Below are positions 18,579-28,561 of a DNA stretch of 64,000 bases, piece after piece (the stretch's first letter is position 1; every line of letters starts with the position of its first letter). The notes beneath the pieces were generated by a model that did no database searches, was not told the origin of the DNA, and saw only the letters and a list, made by a program, of their open reading frames with translations. Origin of the DNA: Prolixibacteraceae bacterium (lineage in GTDB: Bacteria; Bacteroidota; Bacteroidia; Bacteroidales; Prolixibacteraceae); contig JALOCD010000004.1 of assembly GCA_023228025.1 (NCBI GenBank), positions 3,860 to 67,859 of the forward strand, written 5' to 3'. The position numbers and the translations under genes were made by a program.

Positions 18579-19949
18579 TCACACATACTTATTAATCATC
18601 TCTATTAATTCCCTCTTCTTAAATGGTTTGGTGAGAAAATCAGCACACCCGGCCTTCAAAGCGCTCTCTTTCTCTTCTGGTGTAGAATATGCGGTTTGGG
18701 CAATGATTGGAATATCAGGGAATTGTTGTTTCAGTATTTTCGAGGCTTCGATCCCACCCATAACCGGCATTTTCAGATCCATTAAAATAAGGTTGTAGCT
18801 GTTCTTGAGAGCCAATTCAACTGCTTCTTTTCCGTTGGTAGTATGATCAATTCTTTTTACTTTGTCTTTTAGGAGAATCTCGATATATTTATAACTGACC
18901 GGTTCGTCTTCGGCAATGAGAATTGTTAAATCCTTCAAATATTTTTGTTCCGTTTGGAGCAATGGTTTTCCTGGGTTTATCTTCTCAGGTTTTTCATAGG
19001 GAATTAAGAAAAAAAAATGCGAACCCTTATTTAGACCGGAACTTACGCCAATCACACCACCCATCAATTCAACCAACTCTTTTGCAATGCTCAACCCTAA
19101 TCCGGATCCTTCTATAGCGGAAGATATTGCTTGTTCACTACGGTAAAAAGACTCGAAAATTCTTTCCTGTTCTTTTTCAGGAATACCAATTCCGGTGTCT
19201 GTCACATAGAATTTAACCAATCCATCTTTCAGCTCAAACCCAAGTTTCACAAAGCCTTCCATGGTATATTTGATAGCGTTAGCTACCAAATTAGTAAGTA
19301 TTTGTTTAATTTTGCCTGCATCAGATTGCATGACGAAGTCTTTATACTGCCCTGGGATAATTATCGCAATGTCAAGTTCCTTTTTTAATCGGGGGTGGTT
19401 AAACATCCGGAAGACATCAGTGACCAACTCTGCGGGTTTGAATCGGATACTGTCAACTGGCAATTTCTCACTTTGCAGCCGCGACAATTGTAACACATCA
19501 TCTATCAGCGAAAGCAATTGCTTCGAGCATTTTTGAATAATAGCGGCAAACTCTCTTTTTTCATCCCCTTCAGCCTCCATCAACAAATCGGAGAAACCCA
19601 TAATAGCGTTCATTGGTGTCCGTATTTCGTGGCTCATGTTGGCCAGAAATTCCGATTTTATGCGAATACTTTCTTTTGCTTTTACGTCAGCTACCTTAAG
19701 CCCGAGCCCATGCTGGTTAGGTTTAGTGACATCCAAGTTTTCGTTCAGAAAAAGTATATTCCGTTGTTCGTCAACTATATCCATCCCCAACGAGATAGAT
19801 TGCAAAATCAAATTGATTAATTCATTGCTTTCCTTTAAAGTTTGGTTGGACAGTACAAGCTCATTCGCACTCTTTTCCAATCTCGGAGTATCTCTAAGAA
19901 TTTGCCGCTTTCCCCGGTAGGATTTCACTTCTGGTTTCATTTTTTTCAC
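18579..19949 (-). CDS. hybrid sensor histidine kinase/response regulator (HisKA, HATPase_c, REC; no TM)
   Basis: 456 aa. H-box FLANMSHEIRTPMNAI, N-box LVANAIKYT, G-box GSGLGLSIAKEL. Receiver ILIAEDEP..NLILMDLKMPVMGG..TKP. Confidence 0.85.
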   Translation of the reverse strand: MKKMKPEVKSYRGKRQILRDTPRLEKSANELVLSNQTLKESNELINLILQSISLGMDIVDEQRNILFLNENLDVTKPNQHGLGLKVADVKAKESIRIKSEFLANMSHEIRTPMNAIMGFSDLLMEAEGDEKREFAAIIQKCSKQLLSLIDDVLQLSRLQSEKLPVDSIRFKPAELVTDVFRMFNHPRLKKELDIAIIIPGQYKDFVMQSDAGKIKQILTNLVANAIKYTMEGFVKLGFELKDGLVKFYVTDTGIGIPEKEQERIFESFYRSEQAISSAIEGSGLGLSIAKELVELMGGVIGVSSGLNKGSHFFFLIPYEKPEKINPGKPLLQTEQKYLKDLTILIAEDEPVSYKYIEILLKDKVKRIDHTTNGKEAVELALKNSYNLILMDLKMPVMGGIEASKILKQQFPDIPIIAQTAYSTPEEKESALKAGCADFLTKPFKKRELIEMINKYV

Positions 19950-20052
19950 TTTTGAAAATATTTACATCATTCTGCCCCTTTTGAGCATAATGATTAGGTT
20001 AGGACTAAATTTCTTAAAATGTGAAATGCAAAACTGTACCGCTATTCAAAAC

Positions 20053-20292
20053 CTAAAAATCAGGTTTCTCAATAATTCTCTTATTTACTCTTGTGTTATT
20101 TTTTGGATTGGTCAATAATATTTCCCTATTCTCAACTACCTTTTCGATAGCCGCCACAACATCCGGAAAACGTTTACTACCTGGCCTCAAAAAACTCATG
20201 TAAGCATTATGGGCTTTGATCCCCAGAATTTTACCAACGAGCCCCCAATCCCCTATTTGCATTTTTTTTCGCAGTTCTTCAGTTTTTGACAT
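20053..20292 (-). CDS. small putative DNA-binding protein (Cro-like position)
   Basis: 79 aa. Divergent from the CI-like gene across an 87-bp spacer that holds a perfect palindrome. No family recognised. Confidence 0.4.
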   Translation of the reverse strand: MSKTEELRKKMQIGDWGLVGKILGIKAHNAYMSFLRPGSKRFPDVVAAIEKVVENREILLTNPKNNTRVNKRIIEKPDF

Positions 20293-20305
20293 TTCTTGTT
20301 GTATT

Positions 20306-20327
20306 TTTGTGAAAAGCTTTTCACAAA
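20306..20327. promoter_or_regulatory. 22-bp perfect palindrome (operator candidate) in the divergent spacer
   Basis: TTTGTGAAAAG|CTTTTCACAAA. There is also a direct repeat CATATGACAA at 20336-20345 and 20378-20387; the second copy overlaps the ATG of the CI-like gene. Confidence 0.55.
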
Positions 20328-20379
20328 TGTATTACCATATGACAACATATGCAAGTAATTTCAGAAGAAATATTATCAT

Positions 20380-20904
20380 ATGACAATAAATAATAGGATA
20401 GAGCTAATAATCAACTCATTAGAATTAAATAATAATTCCTTCAGCATGCGTATTGGTGTTAATTCTACCGTTATTCATAACATTGTAAAGGGTAGAAACG
20501 CCCCGAGTTACGACGTTTTACTAAAAATACTATCGTCATTTGACAATATCAATGCAGATTGGCTTATAACTGAAAAGGGGGAAATGATCAACAATAATAA
20601 AAGGATAGAATATACAAAATCGTCAACTGATTCAAACGTAAGCTTAGCCGAGCCAATAGAAAAGATGAAGAGGAAAGAAGACAATCTATCGGCACAAATA
20701 CTTTCTATCGGAAATCAGTTATCTGGTCCTTGCCCAAATTGTTCAACAATGAAACATGCCCTGGAACAAACAGAAAGGGCACTTAAACATGCAGAATCTG
20801 AGATCGAAGCAAGAAAAGAGACAATTTTACTACTTACGGACAAGATAAACAACCTTACTGCTGACGCCCTGAAGGACAGGCAGAAAAGAAAGACTGCTTC
20901 TTAA
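20380..20904 (+). CDS. phage CI-repressor-like / XRE-family HTH protein with a C-terminal coiled coil
   Basis: The N-terminus NNRIELIINSLELNNNSFSMRIGVNSTVIHNIVKGRNAPSYDVLLKILSSFDNINADWLITEKGEM is the Bacteroidota Phage_CI_repr-type HTH. Confidence 0.7.
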   Translation: MTINNRIELIINSLELNNNSFSMRIGVNSTVIHNIVKGRNAPSYDVLLKILSSFDNINADWLITEKGEMINNNKRIEYTKSSTDSNVSLAEPIEKMKRKEDNLSAQILSIGNQLSGPCPNCSTMKHALEQTERALKHAESEIEARKETILLLTDKINNLTADALKDRQKRKTAS

Positions 20905-20946
20905 AAATTTTGTCGTCAAACTTCCTTTACTCATCCTTAAACATAT

Positions 20947-21003
20947 AAAGAAATAGCTGCGACTGAATCTGACAATAAGAGATTAAGTCGTAGCTATTTC
21001 TTT
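20947..21003. terminator. 18-bp stem-loop between convergent genes
   Basis: AAAGAAATAGCTGCGACT-21 nt-AGTCGTAGCTATTTCTTT, with one G.U on the + strand. Confidence 0.5.
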
Positions 21004-21050
21004 TGCGCCTATTTCCATTTTATTAGTGGTTAGTGATAAATGGTTAGTGC

Positions 21051-21884
21051 TTAGTCAATTCCTTTATCCTTGTTTTTCAAAATTACTTTTTTAGCACTGA
21101 GTGGAGAAATTACTTTTTCACCAGTTTTTGCTTCCAGTTCCAGGCGTGCATTGCGTGCGATTTCGCCCCTTTGTTTAGCTACTTTTGAGTGTTCTACCAT
21201 CGAATCAGGGTTCTTTGTTTCCGAAATTCGTTTGGTCGATAGTTCTGCCAACATATTCAATACCAATTCGGTATTGGTCATATTGTCGCGAAGGTTTTCT
21301 TTTTTCAAGCCCTTGAATTGCTTGTATTCTTTCGCCGTTTTGTCGGCCCAGGTTTTGTAAATGATATCAGTCAAAGTAGCAAAATGTATTCCTTCTACCA
21401 AGCCTCTCGATTTCCATTCGTCAGTCAGGTCTTTGCGTATTTCGATGCTTTTTAACCGTTGGTTTATCCAGTTGTCTGAATATCCAAGCCTTTTATAATC
21501 CATCATGGCCTGTTCAATGGATAATTCAGGGTCCTGTATCTGGTCTAACCGCTCTTTGGCTACCTGGGCAATCCACAGTTTAAAAGGTTCAGCTTTGGGC
21601 GAAGGGATGGACTGAATCAAACGGAAAAGTTGATCGGTATTGGCTACGTCTGTTTTATACTTTTTCCCATCAGAAGCAGGCATTTTCAGTTGTCCGATTT
21701 TTTCGGACAACTCACTACCTTCTTTTTGAAGCTTTTTCTTTAAATCGTTCCAGTATTTTCGGGGCCGGTCCGTATCGGTCAGCACTTCAACGACATTGAT
21801 GATTGAGAAATACCACTCTTCGGTTTCTTCGTCCCAAATGGTACGCACTTTGCGCGCTTCAAAGATTTTAATTCCGTCTTTCAT
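21051..21884 (-). CDS. Bro-N domain protein (prophage antirepressor-like)
   Basis: 277 aa. The N-terminus IFEARKVRTIWDEETEEWYFSIINVVEVLTDTDRPRKYWNDLKKKL fits the BRO-N/antirepressor family. The C-terminal half is helical. Confidence 0.65.
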   Translation of the reverse strand: MKDGIKIFEARKVRTIWDEETEEWYFSIINVVEVLTDTDRPRKYWNDLKKKLQKEGSELSEKIGQLKMPASDGKKYKTDVANTDQLFRLIQSIPSPKAEPFKLWIAQVAKERLDQIQDPELSIEQAMMDYKRLGYSDNWINQRLKSIEIRKDLTDEWKSRGLVEGIHFATLTDIIYKTWADKTAKEYKQFKGLKKENLRDNMTNTELVLNMLAELSTKRISETKNPDSMVEHSKVAKQRGEIARNARLELEAKTGEKVISPLSAKKVILKNKDKGID

Positions 21885-22008
21885 CCCTTTTGTTGTTAAT
21901 GAAATACTTTGAACTAATTGTTCCGTTGACTACAGTTTGTAGTCAACTCGTTCTTCTCTTTCTTCAAACTAACTTCTATAAATATTCTAAATTAAAAAGG
22001 GCCATTTT

Positions 22009-22037
22009 TCAACTGTCCGAAAAAATCGGACAGTTGA
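22009..22037 (-). terminator. 12-bp stem-loop downstream of the HsdS stub
   Basis: TCAACTGTCCGA-aaaaa-TCGGACAGTTGA. A related gtccgattttttcggac hairpin occurs inside the Bro-N gene at about 21685-21705. Confidence 0.35.
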
Positions 22038-22114
22038 CTTCTACTTTTATTTCAGTTAATTAATCATATTTTCCCCGTTAACATCATCTGCATCATCCCC
22101 GCCCTTACCTCCTC

Positions 22115-22258
22115 CTATTTTTCACACTCTGCTGCAAATTGGGTTATTCTATCATCTTTATCGCTTAGAACTTGGGCAATAGCGCTTTGTCCTGTTTTAG
22201 TAGGCGACAAAAACATCTTGAAATTTTCAAATGTAGATAATCTCAAAGAATCAATTGT
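22115..22258 (-). pseudogene. possible fragment of a type I R-M specificity subunit (HsdS)
   Basis: Reverse frame reads TIDSLRLSTFENFKMFLSPTKTGQSAIAQVLSDKDDRITQFAAECEK*. The P...GQ..IA.VLS..DD.I block resembles the conserved HsdS inter-TRD helix (PP..EQ..IA..L...D..I). Only about 47 codons, with no start. Confidence 0.3.
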
Positions 22259-22382
22259 TGCTTTTACTGTGCTGTTCTACTACATTTCTGTAAAAATAGA
22301 TCTTTTCTGTAGGACAGCTACCAATTCCCCTAAAGAACTTCAGCCATTAAGTTAGTCGCCAAACACACAACACCCCAAAATA

Positions 22383-22410
22383 GAAAGAGGAACCTTTCAG
22401 CTCCTCTTTC
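22383..22410 (-). terminator. dnaK terminator stem-loop
   Basis: GAAAGAGGA-10 nt-TCCTCTTTC, 25 nt downstream of the dnaK stop on the - strand. Confidence 0.5.
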
Positions 22411-22435
22411 CAAATTCTTTGTCACTTTTGTCTTA

Positions 22436-24337
22436 TTATTTAACTTCTTCGAAATCTACATCGGTCACTTCACCATCTCCCTTGGTACCTTTTTGCTGAG
22501 ATGCTTGGGGTTCTCCGGCTTGCGGACCTGCCTGTGACTGGGCATTGTACATCTCCTGGGATGCAGCCTGAAAGACAGTATTCAACTCTTTAGTTGCCGC
22601 ATCGATTGCAGCAAAATCCTTGTTTTTATGTGCCTCTTTAAGATTGTTCAAGGCAGTCTCAATTGGTGCTTTTTTGTCGGCCGGCAATTTATCGCCAAAC
22701 TCCTTCATCTGTTTCTCCGTTTGAAAAATCAGGGAATCGGCATGGTTCAGTTTTTCGACCTGCTCCCTGGCTTGCTTGTCAGTCTCAGCATTGGCAGCAG
22801 CCTCCTCCTTCATCCGTTTGATTTCATCATCACTTAGACCTGACGAAGCTTCTATACGGATCGATTGTTCCTTGTTGGTGGCTTTGTCCTTTGCAGTTAC
22901 ATGCAGGATCCCGTTTGCATCAATATCGAAGGAAACTTCAATCTGCGGAATACCGCGTTGTGCCGGGGGCAGACCGTCGAGGTGGAATTTGCCGATCGTT
23001 TTATTGCCTGCAGCCATCGGACGTTCGCCTTGAAGTACGTGAATTTCTACAGAAGGCTGATTGTCAGAAGCTGTTGTAAATGTCTCGGATTTCTTGGTAG
23101 GAATGGTAGTATTTGATTCAATCAGCCGGGTCATTACACCTCCCATGGTTTCAATACCCAGCGATAGCGGAGTAACATCCAGCAAAAGAACATCTTTCAC
23201 CTCTCCGGTTAAGACTCCACCCTGAATGGCAGCGCCTACAGCAACTACTTCATCCGGGTTAACCCCTTTGGATGGTGTTTTACCGAAAAGTTTTTGTACT
23301 ACATTTTGAATGGCAGGAATACGGGTTGAACCACCTACCAGGATCACTTCGTCAATGTCGCTGATGGTGAGACCTGCATTCTTCAGAGCCTTGTTACAAG
23401 GTTCAATGGTTGCATTGATCAATGAATCGGAAAGTTTCTCAAATTGTGCACGGGTCAGTTTTTTGACCAGGTGTTTTGGAATACCGTTTACCGGCATGAT
23501 GTAAGGCAGGTTGATTTCAGTCTCGGTAGAACTCGAAAGTTCAACTTTGGCTTTTTCGGCTGCCTCTTTCAAGCGCTGTAGCGCCATTGGGTCTTTGCGC
23601 AAATCAATGCCTTCGTCGGCCTTGAACTGATCTGCCAACCAGTCAATGATGACCTGGTCGAAGTCGTCGCCACCCAGGTGGGTATCCCCATCCGTAGATT
23701 TTACTTCGAAAACGCCCTCACCCAATTCCAGGATGGAGATGTCAAAAGTTCCGCCTCCAAGGTCAAATACGGCAATCTTCATGTCCTTGTGCATCTTGTC
23801 AAGACCATAAGCAAGCGACGCTGCTGTTGGCTCGTTAATGATACGGCGAACTTTCAGTCCGGCAATTTCACCGGCCTCTTTGGTCGCCTGGCGTTGAGAG
23901 TCGTTAAAATAAGCCGGAACGGTAATAACGGCCTCTGTTACCTCTTGTCCCAGATAATCTTCGGCGGTCTTCTTCATCTTCTGAAGGATCATCGCTGAGA
24001 TCTCTTGCGGAGAATAGAAACGGTCGTCTATTTTTACACGCGGTGTATTGTTGTCACCCTGAATAACGGCAAAAGGAACCCTGCCAATCTCCTTGGTCAC
24101 CTGATTGTAGGTCTCTCCCATGAATCGTTTGATCGATGAGATTGTTTTTGTTGGATTGGTAATAGCCTGTCTTTTGGCCGGATCACCCACCTTACGTTCC
24201 CCATTGTCAACAAATGCCACGATCGAGGGAGTTGTACGTTTGCCTTCACTATTGGGGATCACAACTGGTTCGTTGCCCTCCATGACTGCAACACATGAGT
24301 TGGTTGTCCCTAAGTCAATTCCAATAATTTTTCCCAT
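22436..24337 (-). CDS. dnaK: molecular chaperone DnaK (Hsp70)
   Basis: 633 aa. [28 protein letters not shown] and the rest are colinear with bacterial DnaK. Confidence 0.97.
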   Translation of the reverse strand: MGKIIGIDLGTTNSCVAVMEGNEPVVIPNSEGKRTTPSIVAFVDNGERKVGDPAKRQAITNPTKTISSIKRFMGETYNQVTKEIGRVPFAVIQGDNNTPRVKIDDRFYSPQEISAMILQKMKKTAEDYLGQEVTEAVITVPAYFNDSQRQATKEAGEIAGLKVRRIINEPTAASLAYGLDKMHKDMKIAVFDLGGGTFDISILELGEGVFEVKSTDGDTHLGGDDFDQVIIDWLADQFKADEGIDLRKDPMALQRLKEAAEKAKVELSSSTETEINLPYIMPVNGIPKHLVKKLTRAQFEKLSDSLINATIEPCNKALKNAGLTISDIDEVILVGGSTRIPAIQNVVQKLFGKTPSKGVNPDEVVAVGAAIQGGVLTGEVKDVLLLDVTPLSLGIETMGGVMTRLIESNTTIPTKKSETFTTASDNQPSVEIHVLQGERPMAAGNKTIGKFHLDGLPPAQRGIPQIEVSFDIDANGILHVTAKDKATNKEQSIRIEASSGLSDDEIKRMKEEAAANAETDKQAREQVEKLNHADSLIFQTEKQMKEFGDKLPADKKAPIETALNNLKEAHKNKDFAAIDAATKELNTVFQAASQEMYNAQSQAGPQAGEPQASQQKGTKGDGEVTDVDFEEVK

Positions 24338-24549
24338 TTTGTCCTATTTAAACTATTAATATTTTTTTGCTTTTATTTTATCTTAATGACTAATGACAAT
24401 CAATCTTTGTGCCAATCCTTCCAAAACCATTTTTTTTGCGACTATGTGAACCGAAACTTCCATTTCCAGGGATGTGCTGTCATATTTTGTGACAAAACGA
24501 CAGAAATATTTAGTGAAGCTGGCACATTTGGCATTTATTCATAATTGGA

Positions 24550-24557
24550 TATCTTTG
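24550..24557 (+). promoter_or_regulatory. Bacteroidota -7 box (TAnnTTTG)
   Basis: TATCTTTG, 40 nt upstream of the ATG at 24597. Confidence 0.4.
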
Positions 24558-24596
24558 AATGGAAATACTACATACTATCATTAACATTTAAACCAA

Positions 24597-25733
24597 ATGC
24601 AAAAAAAAATTCTAACAGGAAAGCAGGCTGACCGCCTTGCCTCACTAGATGTTTTACGGGGTTTTGATATGCTCTGGATAATTGGCGGAGGCAGTCTGAT
24701 CGTTGCCCTCTCGAAAGCCCTTGACTGGGGCTGGCTGAACGTTGTTGCCGAACAGATGGAGCATGTCAGGTGGGACGGATTTCACTTTGAAGACCTGATA
24801 TTCCCCCTGTTCATGTTTATCTCCGGAGTTGCAATCCCTTATGCAATGACCTCCAAAATTGAGAAAGGAGACGACAAATCTCTTCTATTAAAAAAGGCAG
24901 CAAAGCGCGGGATCATCCTGATATTGTTGGGCATCATGTACAATGGCGCCCTGCAGCACGGTTTCTCCAACATGCGTATTCCAAGTGTGCTTGGACAGAT
25001 TGGGTTCGCCTATTTCTTCGCAGCCACCATTGTGATCTACACGAAAAGCATGAAGTCCAGAATTATCTGGCTGGTTGGATTGCTCATCTCCATCGCTACA
25101 CTTCAGCTGGCTGTTCCGGTTCCAGGGCAAGGTGCAGGCTTACTGGATCCCGTAAATGGGATCAATGCATGGCTCGACCGATTGCTTATCCCCGGTAGGC
25201 TGCACGGAAAAACTTTTGACCCGGAAGGACTGCTTTGCAGCATTTCTGCGATTTCCGTTACGCTGATGGGGGCGCTGGCAGGCGGAATCCTTAGGGATGG
25301 CAAGCCTGCTTCCGGAAGAAAAGCTTCTACCCTTGCCCTCATTGGCGCCTGCCTTGTCGTTGTTGCCCTAACGCTTTCAATCTTCTACCCTATCATCAAA
25401 GCAGCCTGGACAGTGCCTTTTGATCTTCTCACAGCCGGCATCAGCTTTATGCTGTTGGCCTTATTCTATTATTCAATCGATGTCAAAGATTGGGTTAACA
25501 CCTGGGCGTGGGGAATCGGCAAATACAAAATACTCTTTTTCAAGGTTATTGGAATGAATTCCATCACTATCTACCTGGCAACCAGGATTTTTGATTTCCG
25601 CGATGCCTCCTCCTTCTTCCTCGGATTCCTTGAACCAGCCCTGGGCAACTGGATCGTGATCCTCGGTGCAATCGCCCTCGAATGGATGTTCCTGCACTTC
25701 CTTTTCAAAAATAAGATTTTCCTGAAAGTGTAG
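24597..25733 (+). CDS. polytopic membrane acyltransferase-like protein (HGSNAT/DUF5009-type)
   Basis: 378 aa with about 10 TM. The N-terminal RLASLDVLRGFDMLWIIGG motif is characteristic of this family. Confidence 0.55.
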   Translation: MQKKILTGKQADRLASLDVLRGFDMLWIIGGGSLIVALSKALDWGWLNVVAEQMEHVRWDGFHFEDLIFPLFMFISGVAIPYAMTSKIEKGDDKSLLLKKAAKRGIILILLGIMYNGALQHGFSNMRIPSVLGQIGFAYFFAATIVIYTKSMKSRIIWLVGLLISIATLQLAVPVPGQGAGLLDPVNGINAWLDRLLIPGRLHGKTFDPEGLLCSISAISVTLMGALAGGILRDGKPASGRKASTLALIGACLVVVALTLSIFYPIIKAAWTVPFDLLTAGISFMLLALFYYSIDVKDWVNTWAWGIGKYKILFFKVIGMNSITIYLATRIFDFRDASSFFLGFLEPALGNWIVILGAIALEWMFLHFLFKNKIFLKV

Positions 25734-25913
25734 GAAAAGTTGAGAGTTGAAAGTGGAAAGTTGAGAGTGGAAAGTTGAGAATTAAAGGTCAGTGGATAAA
25801 CCTAAAACGAATTTGATTTGACCCGTCCTGGCAAGCGTTCGATTGAGCGTAACATTTATCATTCAGAATTAACATTCAACTTTCCACTCTCCACTTTCAA
25901 CTCTCAACTCTTT
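25723..25913. repeat. ~190-nt hairpin built from a C-free arm and a G-free arm ('gttgagagttgaaagtgga' words)
   Basis: 25723-25789 contains no C and 25867-25913 contains no G. The reverse complement of the right arm (gagttgagagttgaaagtggagagtggaaagttg) matches the left arm over at least 19 consecutive nt. It starts inside the last codons of the upstream gene and ends at the panB promoter. Confidence 0.8.
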
Positions 25914-25915
25914 GC

Positions 25916-25923
25916 TATATTTG
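25916..25923 (+). promoter_or_regulatory. Bacteroidota -7 box (TAnnTTTG) for panB
   Basis: TATATTTG, 22 nt upstream of the ATG at 25945. Confidence 0.5.
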
Positions 25924-25944
25924 TCCCAATAAAACTCTAGCGTT

Positions 25945-26763
25945 ATGTCAGTGCACAAAGAGATTAAAAGGGTAACTACCCATGTACTTTCGGAGATGAA
26001 ACTGCACGGGGAAAAGATATCCATGCTTACCTCCTACGACTACAGCATGGCTAAACTGGTGGACCAGGCAGGGATTGACGTAATCCTGGTTGGAGATTCT
26101 GCCGCCAATGTCATGGCGGGACACGAAACTACCCTCCCAATCACCCTGGATCAGATGATCTACCATGGAAAGTCGGTCGTCAAAGCAGTGACGCGCTGTC
26201 TGGTGGTTGTCGATATGCCTTTCGGCACTTACCAGGGAAATTCGCTCGAAGCATTGAATTCTGCCATTAAAATCATGAAAATCACCCATGCCGATGCAGT
26301 CAAGCTGGAAGGAGGCAGTGAGGTGATCGAATCGGTACAACGAATCCTGTCGGCAGGGATTCCGGTAATGGGTCACCTCGGTTTAATGCCGCAGTCCATC
26401 AACCGTTATGGCACCTATGTGGTTAGGGCCAAGGAAGAAGATGAAGCCAATAAGCTGCTGAAAGATGCAAAATTGCTCGAAGAGGCTGGATGCTTTGCCA
26501 TAGTGCTGGAGAAGATTCCGGCAGCGCTTGGGGCTCAGGTCGCGAAAGAGTTGAAAATCCCAATCATCGGCATTGGCGCCGGTGGTGGCGTAGATGGACA
26601 AGTCCTTGTGATCCACGACATGCTCGGCATCACCCAGGAGTTTTCACCCAGGTTTCTGCGCCGTTACCACAATCTGGCAGCCGAAATCAAAGGGGCCGTG
26701 AGCCACTATATCAACGATGTAAAATCGATGGATTTCCCTAATGAAAAAGAGCAGTACGAGTGA
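25945..26763 (+). CDS. panB: 3-methyl-2-oxobutanoate hydroxymethyltransferase
   Basis: 272 aa. LTSYDY..A.L.D.AG.D.ILVGDS...V..G, VDMPF, KLEGG and GHLGL.PQS are canonical PanB blocks. Confidence 0.92.
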   Translation: MSVHKEIKRVTTHVLSEMKLHGEKISMLTSYDYSMAKLVDQAGIDVILVGDSAANVMAGHETTLPITLDQMIYHGKSVVKAVTRCLVVVDMPFGTYQGNSLEALNSAIKIMKITHADAVKLEGGSEVIESVQRILSAGIPVMGHLGLMPQSINRYGTYVVRAKEEDEANKLLKDAKLLEEAGCFAIVLEKIPAALGAQVAKELKIPIIGIGAGGGVDGQVLVIHDMLGITQEFSPRFLRRYHNLAAEIKGAVSHYINDVKSMDFPNEKEQYE

Positions 26764-26890
26764 AATAATTAGTTGATGTGTTGATGTGAGGATTTGAAGA
26801 TGAGTTATGAAACTTGAGAAAATGAGGAATTATACATCCATCAGCAAATCAACACATCTGCAAATCAACTAATCAACACATCATTGTCAA
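26761..26890. repeat. hairpin of C-poor and G-poor word-repeat arms between panB and the pseudouridine synthase gene
   Basis: Left arm: aattagttgatgtgttgatgtgaggatttgaagatgagttatgaaacttgagaaaatgagg. Right arm: catcagcaaatcaacacatctgcaaatcaactaatcaacacatca. There is a 12-mer exact complement (tgatgtgttgat) plus flanking partial pairing. Confidence 0.7.
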
Positions 26891-26894
26891 AGGC

Positions 26895-27584
26895 ATGCAA
26901 GAAAAAAAGCTTGAGGTTCTCTTTGAGGACAATCACCTCATCGCCATCAATAAACGCTGTGGGGATATTGTACAGGGGGATAAGACCGGAGATAGCCCAG
27001 TCGGGGAAGAGATAAAAGCCTATCTGAAGGAGAAGTACCACAAACCGGGAAATGTTTTTTTGGGAGTGACCCACCGGCTGGATCGGCCAACGAGCGGCGT
27101 ACTACTTTTTGCCAGAACTTCAAAGTCTCTTACCAGGATGAATGAACTTTTCAAAAATGAAGGGGAGATCAGAAAAACATACTGGGCAGTTGTTGATGTC
27201 AGACCAGACCCCCTGGAGGCCACCCTGGAGCATTGGCTGGTTCGCAACGAGAAACAGAACAAGTCTTTTGCCTATCCAAGTGAGCAGAAGGAGTCAAAAA
27301 AGGCATCGCTTACCTATCGTTACCTTTCTTCTTCCGATCGTTTTCATCTGCTGGAAATTGAACTTCACACAGGGCGGCATCACCAGATCAGGGCGCAGCT
27401 GGCAGCCATAGGACTTCATATCAAAGGCGATCTGAAATATGGATTTCCAAGATCCAACAAGGATGGCGGCATCCACCTACATGCCCGTACCATCCGTTTT
27501 ATCCATCCCGTCACCCTTGAACCGGTAACCATCACCGCACCCGTTCCAAACGATCCCGTATGGAATTTTTTCGGACAATTATAA
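26895..27584 (+). CDS. RluA-family pseudouridine synthase
   Basis: 229 aa with the catalytic HRLDRPTSGVLLFARTSKS motif. Confidence 0.85.
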   Translation: MQEKKLEVLFEDNHLIAINKRCGDIVQGDKTGDSPVGEEIKAYLKEKYHKPGNVFLGVTHRLDRPTSGVLLFARTSKSLTRMNELFKNEGEIRKTYWAVVDVRPDPLEATLEHWLVRNEKQNKSFAYPSEQKESKKASLTYRYLSSSDRFHLLEIELHTGRHHQIRAQLAAIGLHIKGDLKYGFPRSNKDGGIHLHARTIRFIHPVTLEPVTITAPVPNDPVWNFFGQL

Positions 27585-27697
27585 ATGCAAGATCTGACGA
27601 ATGCAGAATCACCGGGAAAAAACTTTGCCCAATATTTGCGTGCAACACAAAATCTGCAATTACTGATCCCATCATGAACCTTGATAACTCAGGATAA

Positions 27698-28561
27698 TCA
27701 GGAAAAACTCCCACCAATATAGTCTCGGGTCAGCTGATGTTTTGGATTTGTAAAAATTTCGGTCGCACTGCCAAATTCAATCAGTTCGCCCATATACATG
27801 AATGCCACATAATCGGCTATTCGTCTCGCCTGCCTTAAAGTATGCGTTACCAAAACAATGCTGTACTCCTTCTTCAGGGAGAGAAAAAGTTGTTCAATTT
27901 TAGTAGTGGCGATGGGGTCAAGCGCGGAGGTGGCCTCATCTCCAAGAATGATTTCGGGTGAGACTGCCAGACCCCGGGCCAGGCACAATCTCTGCTGCTG
28001 ACCGATAGAGAGCCGGATAGCCGGTGCTTTGAGCCGTTCCTTTACTTCTTCCCACAAACCCACTGCTTCCAATTGGTTTTTTACAATTTCGTATAGTTTT
28101 CGCTTGTTCCGCGTACCATGAATGCGGGGGCCATAAGCTACATTATCGAAGATCGACATAGGTAGCGGGCAAGGCCGTTGTGACAGCAATCCCATTTTTT
28201 TCCGGATATTCTCTACTTCAACATCCTTTCCGTGAATATTTACTCCGTCAACAAGCACTTCGCCTTCAATCTTTACATCAACCGAGTTCTGGAGCAGACG
28301 GTTAAAGGTCTTCAGCAAAGTGGTTTTTCCACATCCAGATGGCCCAATGATACAAGTAATGGCTTTGTCCGGGATGTCGAGACTAACATTTTTCAAAATA
28401 TGGTTTTTGGTCAGATAGACATTCAGATTTCTGACGCTAATATGTGGTTTTGTCTTGAAAATTTGATCAACAGCGACCTGATTTTGGGATTCCTTCATTA
28501 CCTTGAATTTTTCGGTGGGTGAATCTATATGTTTTTCGATCCGAAGCAAATTTGGTATCAT
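27698..28561 (-). CDS. pstB: phosphate ABC transporter ATP-binding protein
   Basis: Walker A GPSGCGKTT, signature LSIGQQQRL, Walker B ILGDEATSALD. 4-nt overlap with pstA. The true start may be the internal MKESQ. Confidence 0.9.
   Translation of the reverse strand: MIPNLLRIEKHIDSPTEKFKVMKESQNQVAVDQIFKTKPHISVRNLNVYLTKNHILKNVSLDIPDKAITCIIGPSGCGKTTLLKTFNRLLQNSVDVKIEGEVLVDGVNIHGKDVEVENIRKKMGLLSQRPCPLPMSIFDNVAYGPRIHGTRNKRKLYEIVKNQLEAVGLWEEVKERLKAPAIRLSIGQQQRLCLARGLAVSPEIILGDEATSALDPIATTKIEQLFLSLKKEYSIVLVTHTLRQARRIADYVAFMYMGELIEFGSATEIFTNPKHQLTRDYIGGSFS

Larger units (their letters stand above)
20053..22258. mobile_element. remnant of a phage/ICE-like module (Cro/CI-like pair, Bro-N gene, HsdS stub); no recombinase present
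   Basis: The gene content below, visibly AT-rich sequence, and a position next to dnaK. No integrase, transposase or att repeat was found, so this is a decayed remnant at best. Confidence 0.3.

Noticed and set aside
24338-24596. A CIRCE (TTAGCACTC-N9-GAGTGCTAA) heat-shock operator upstream of dnaK.
   Set aside because: The motif is not present in the 260-bp upstream region.
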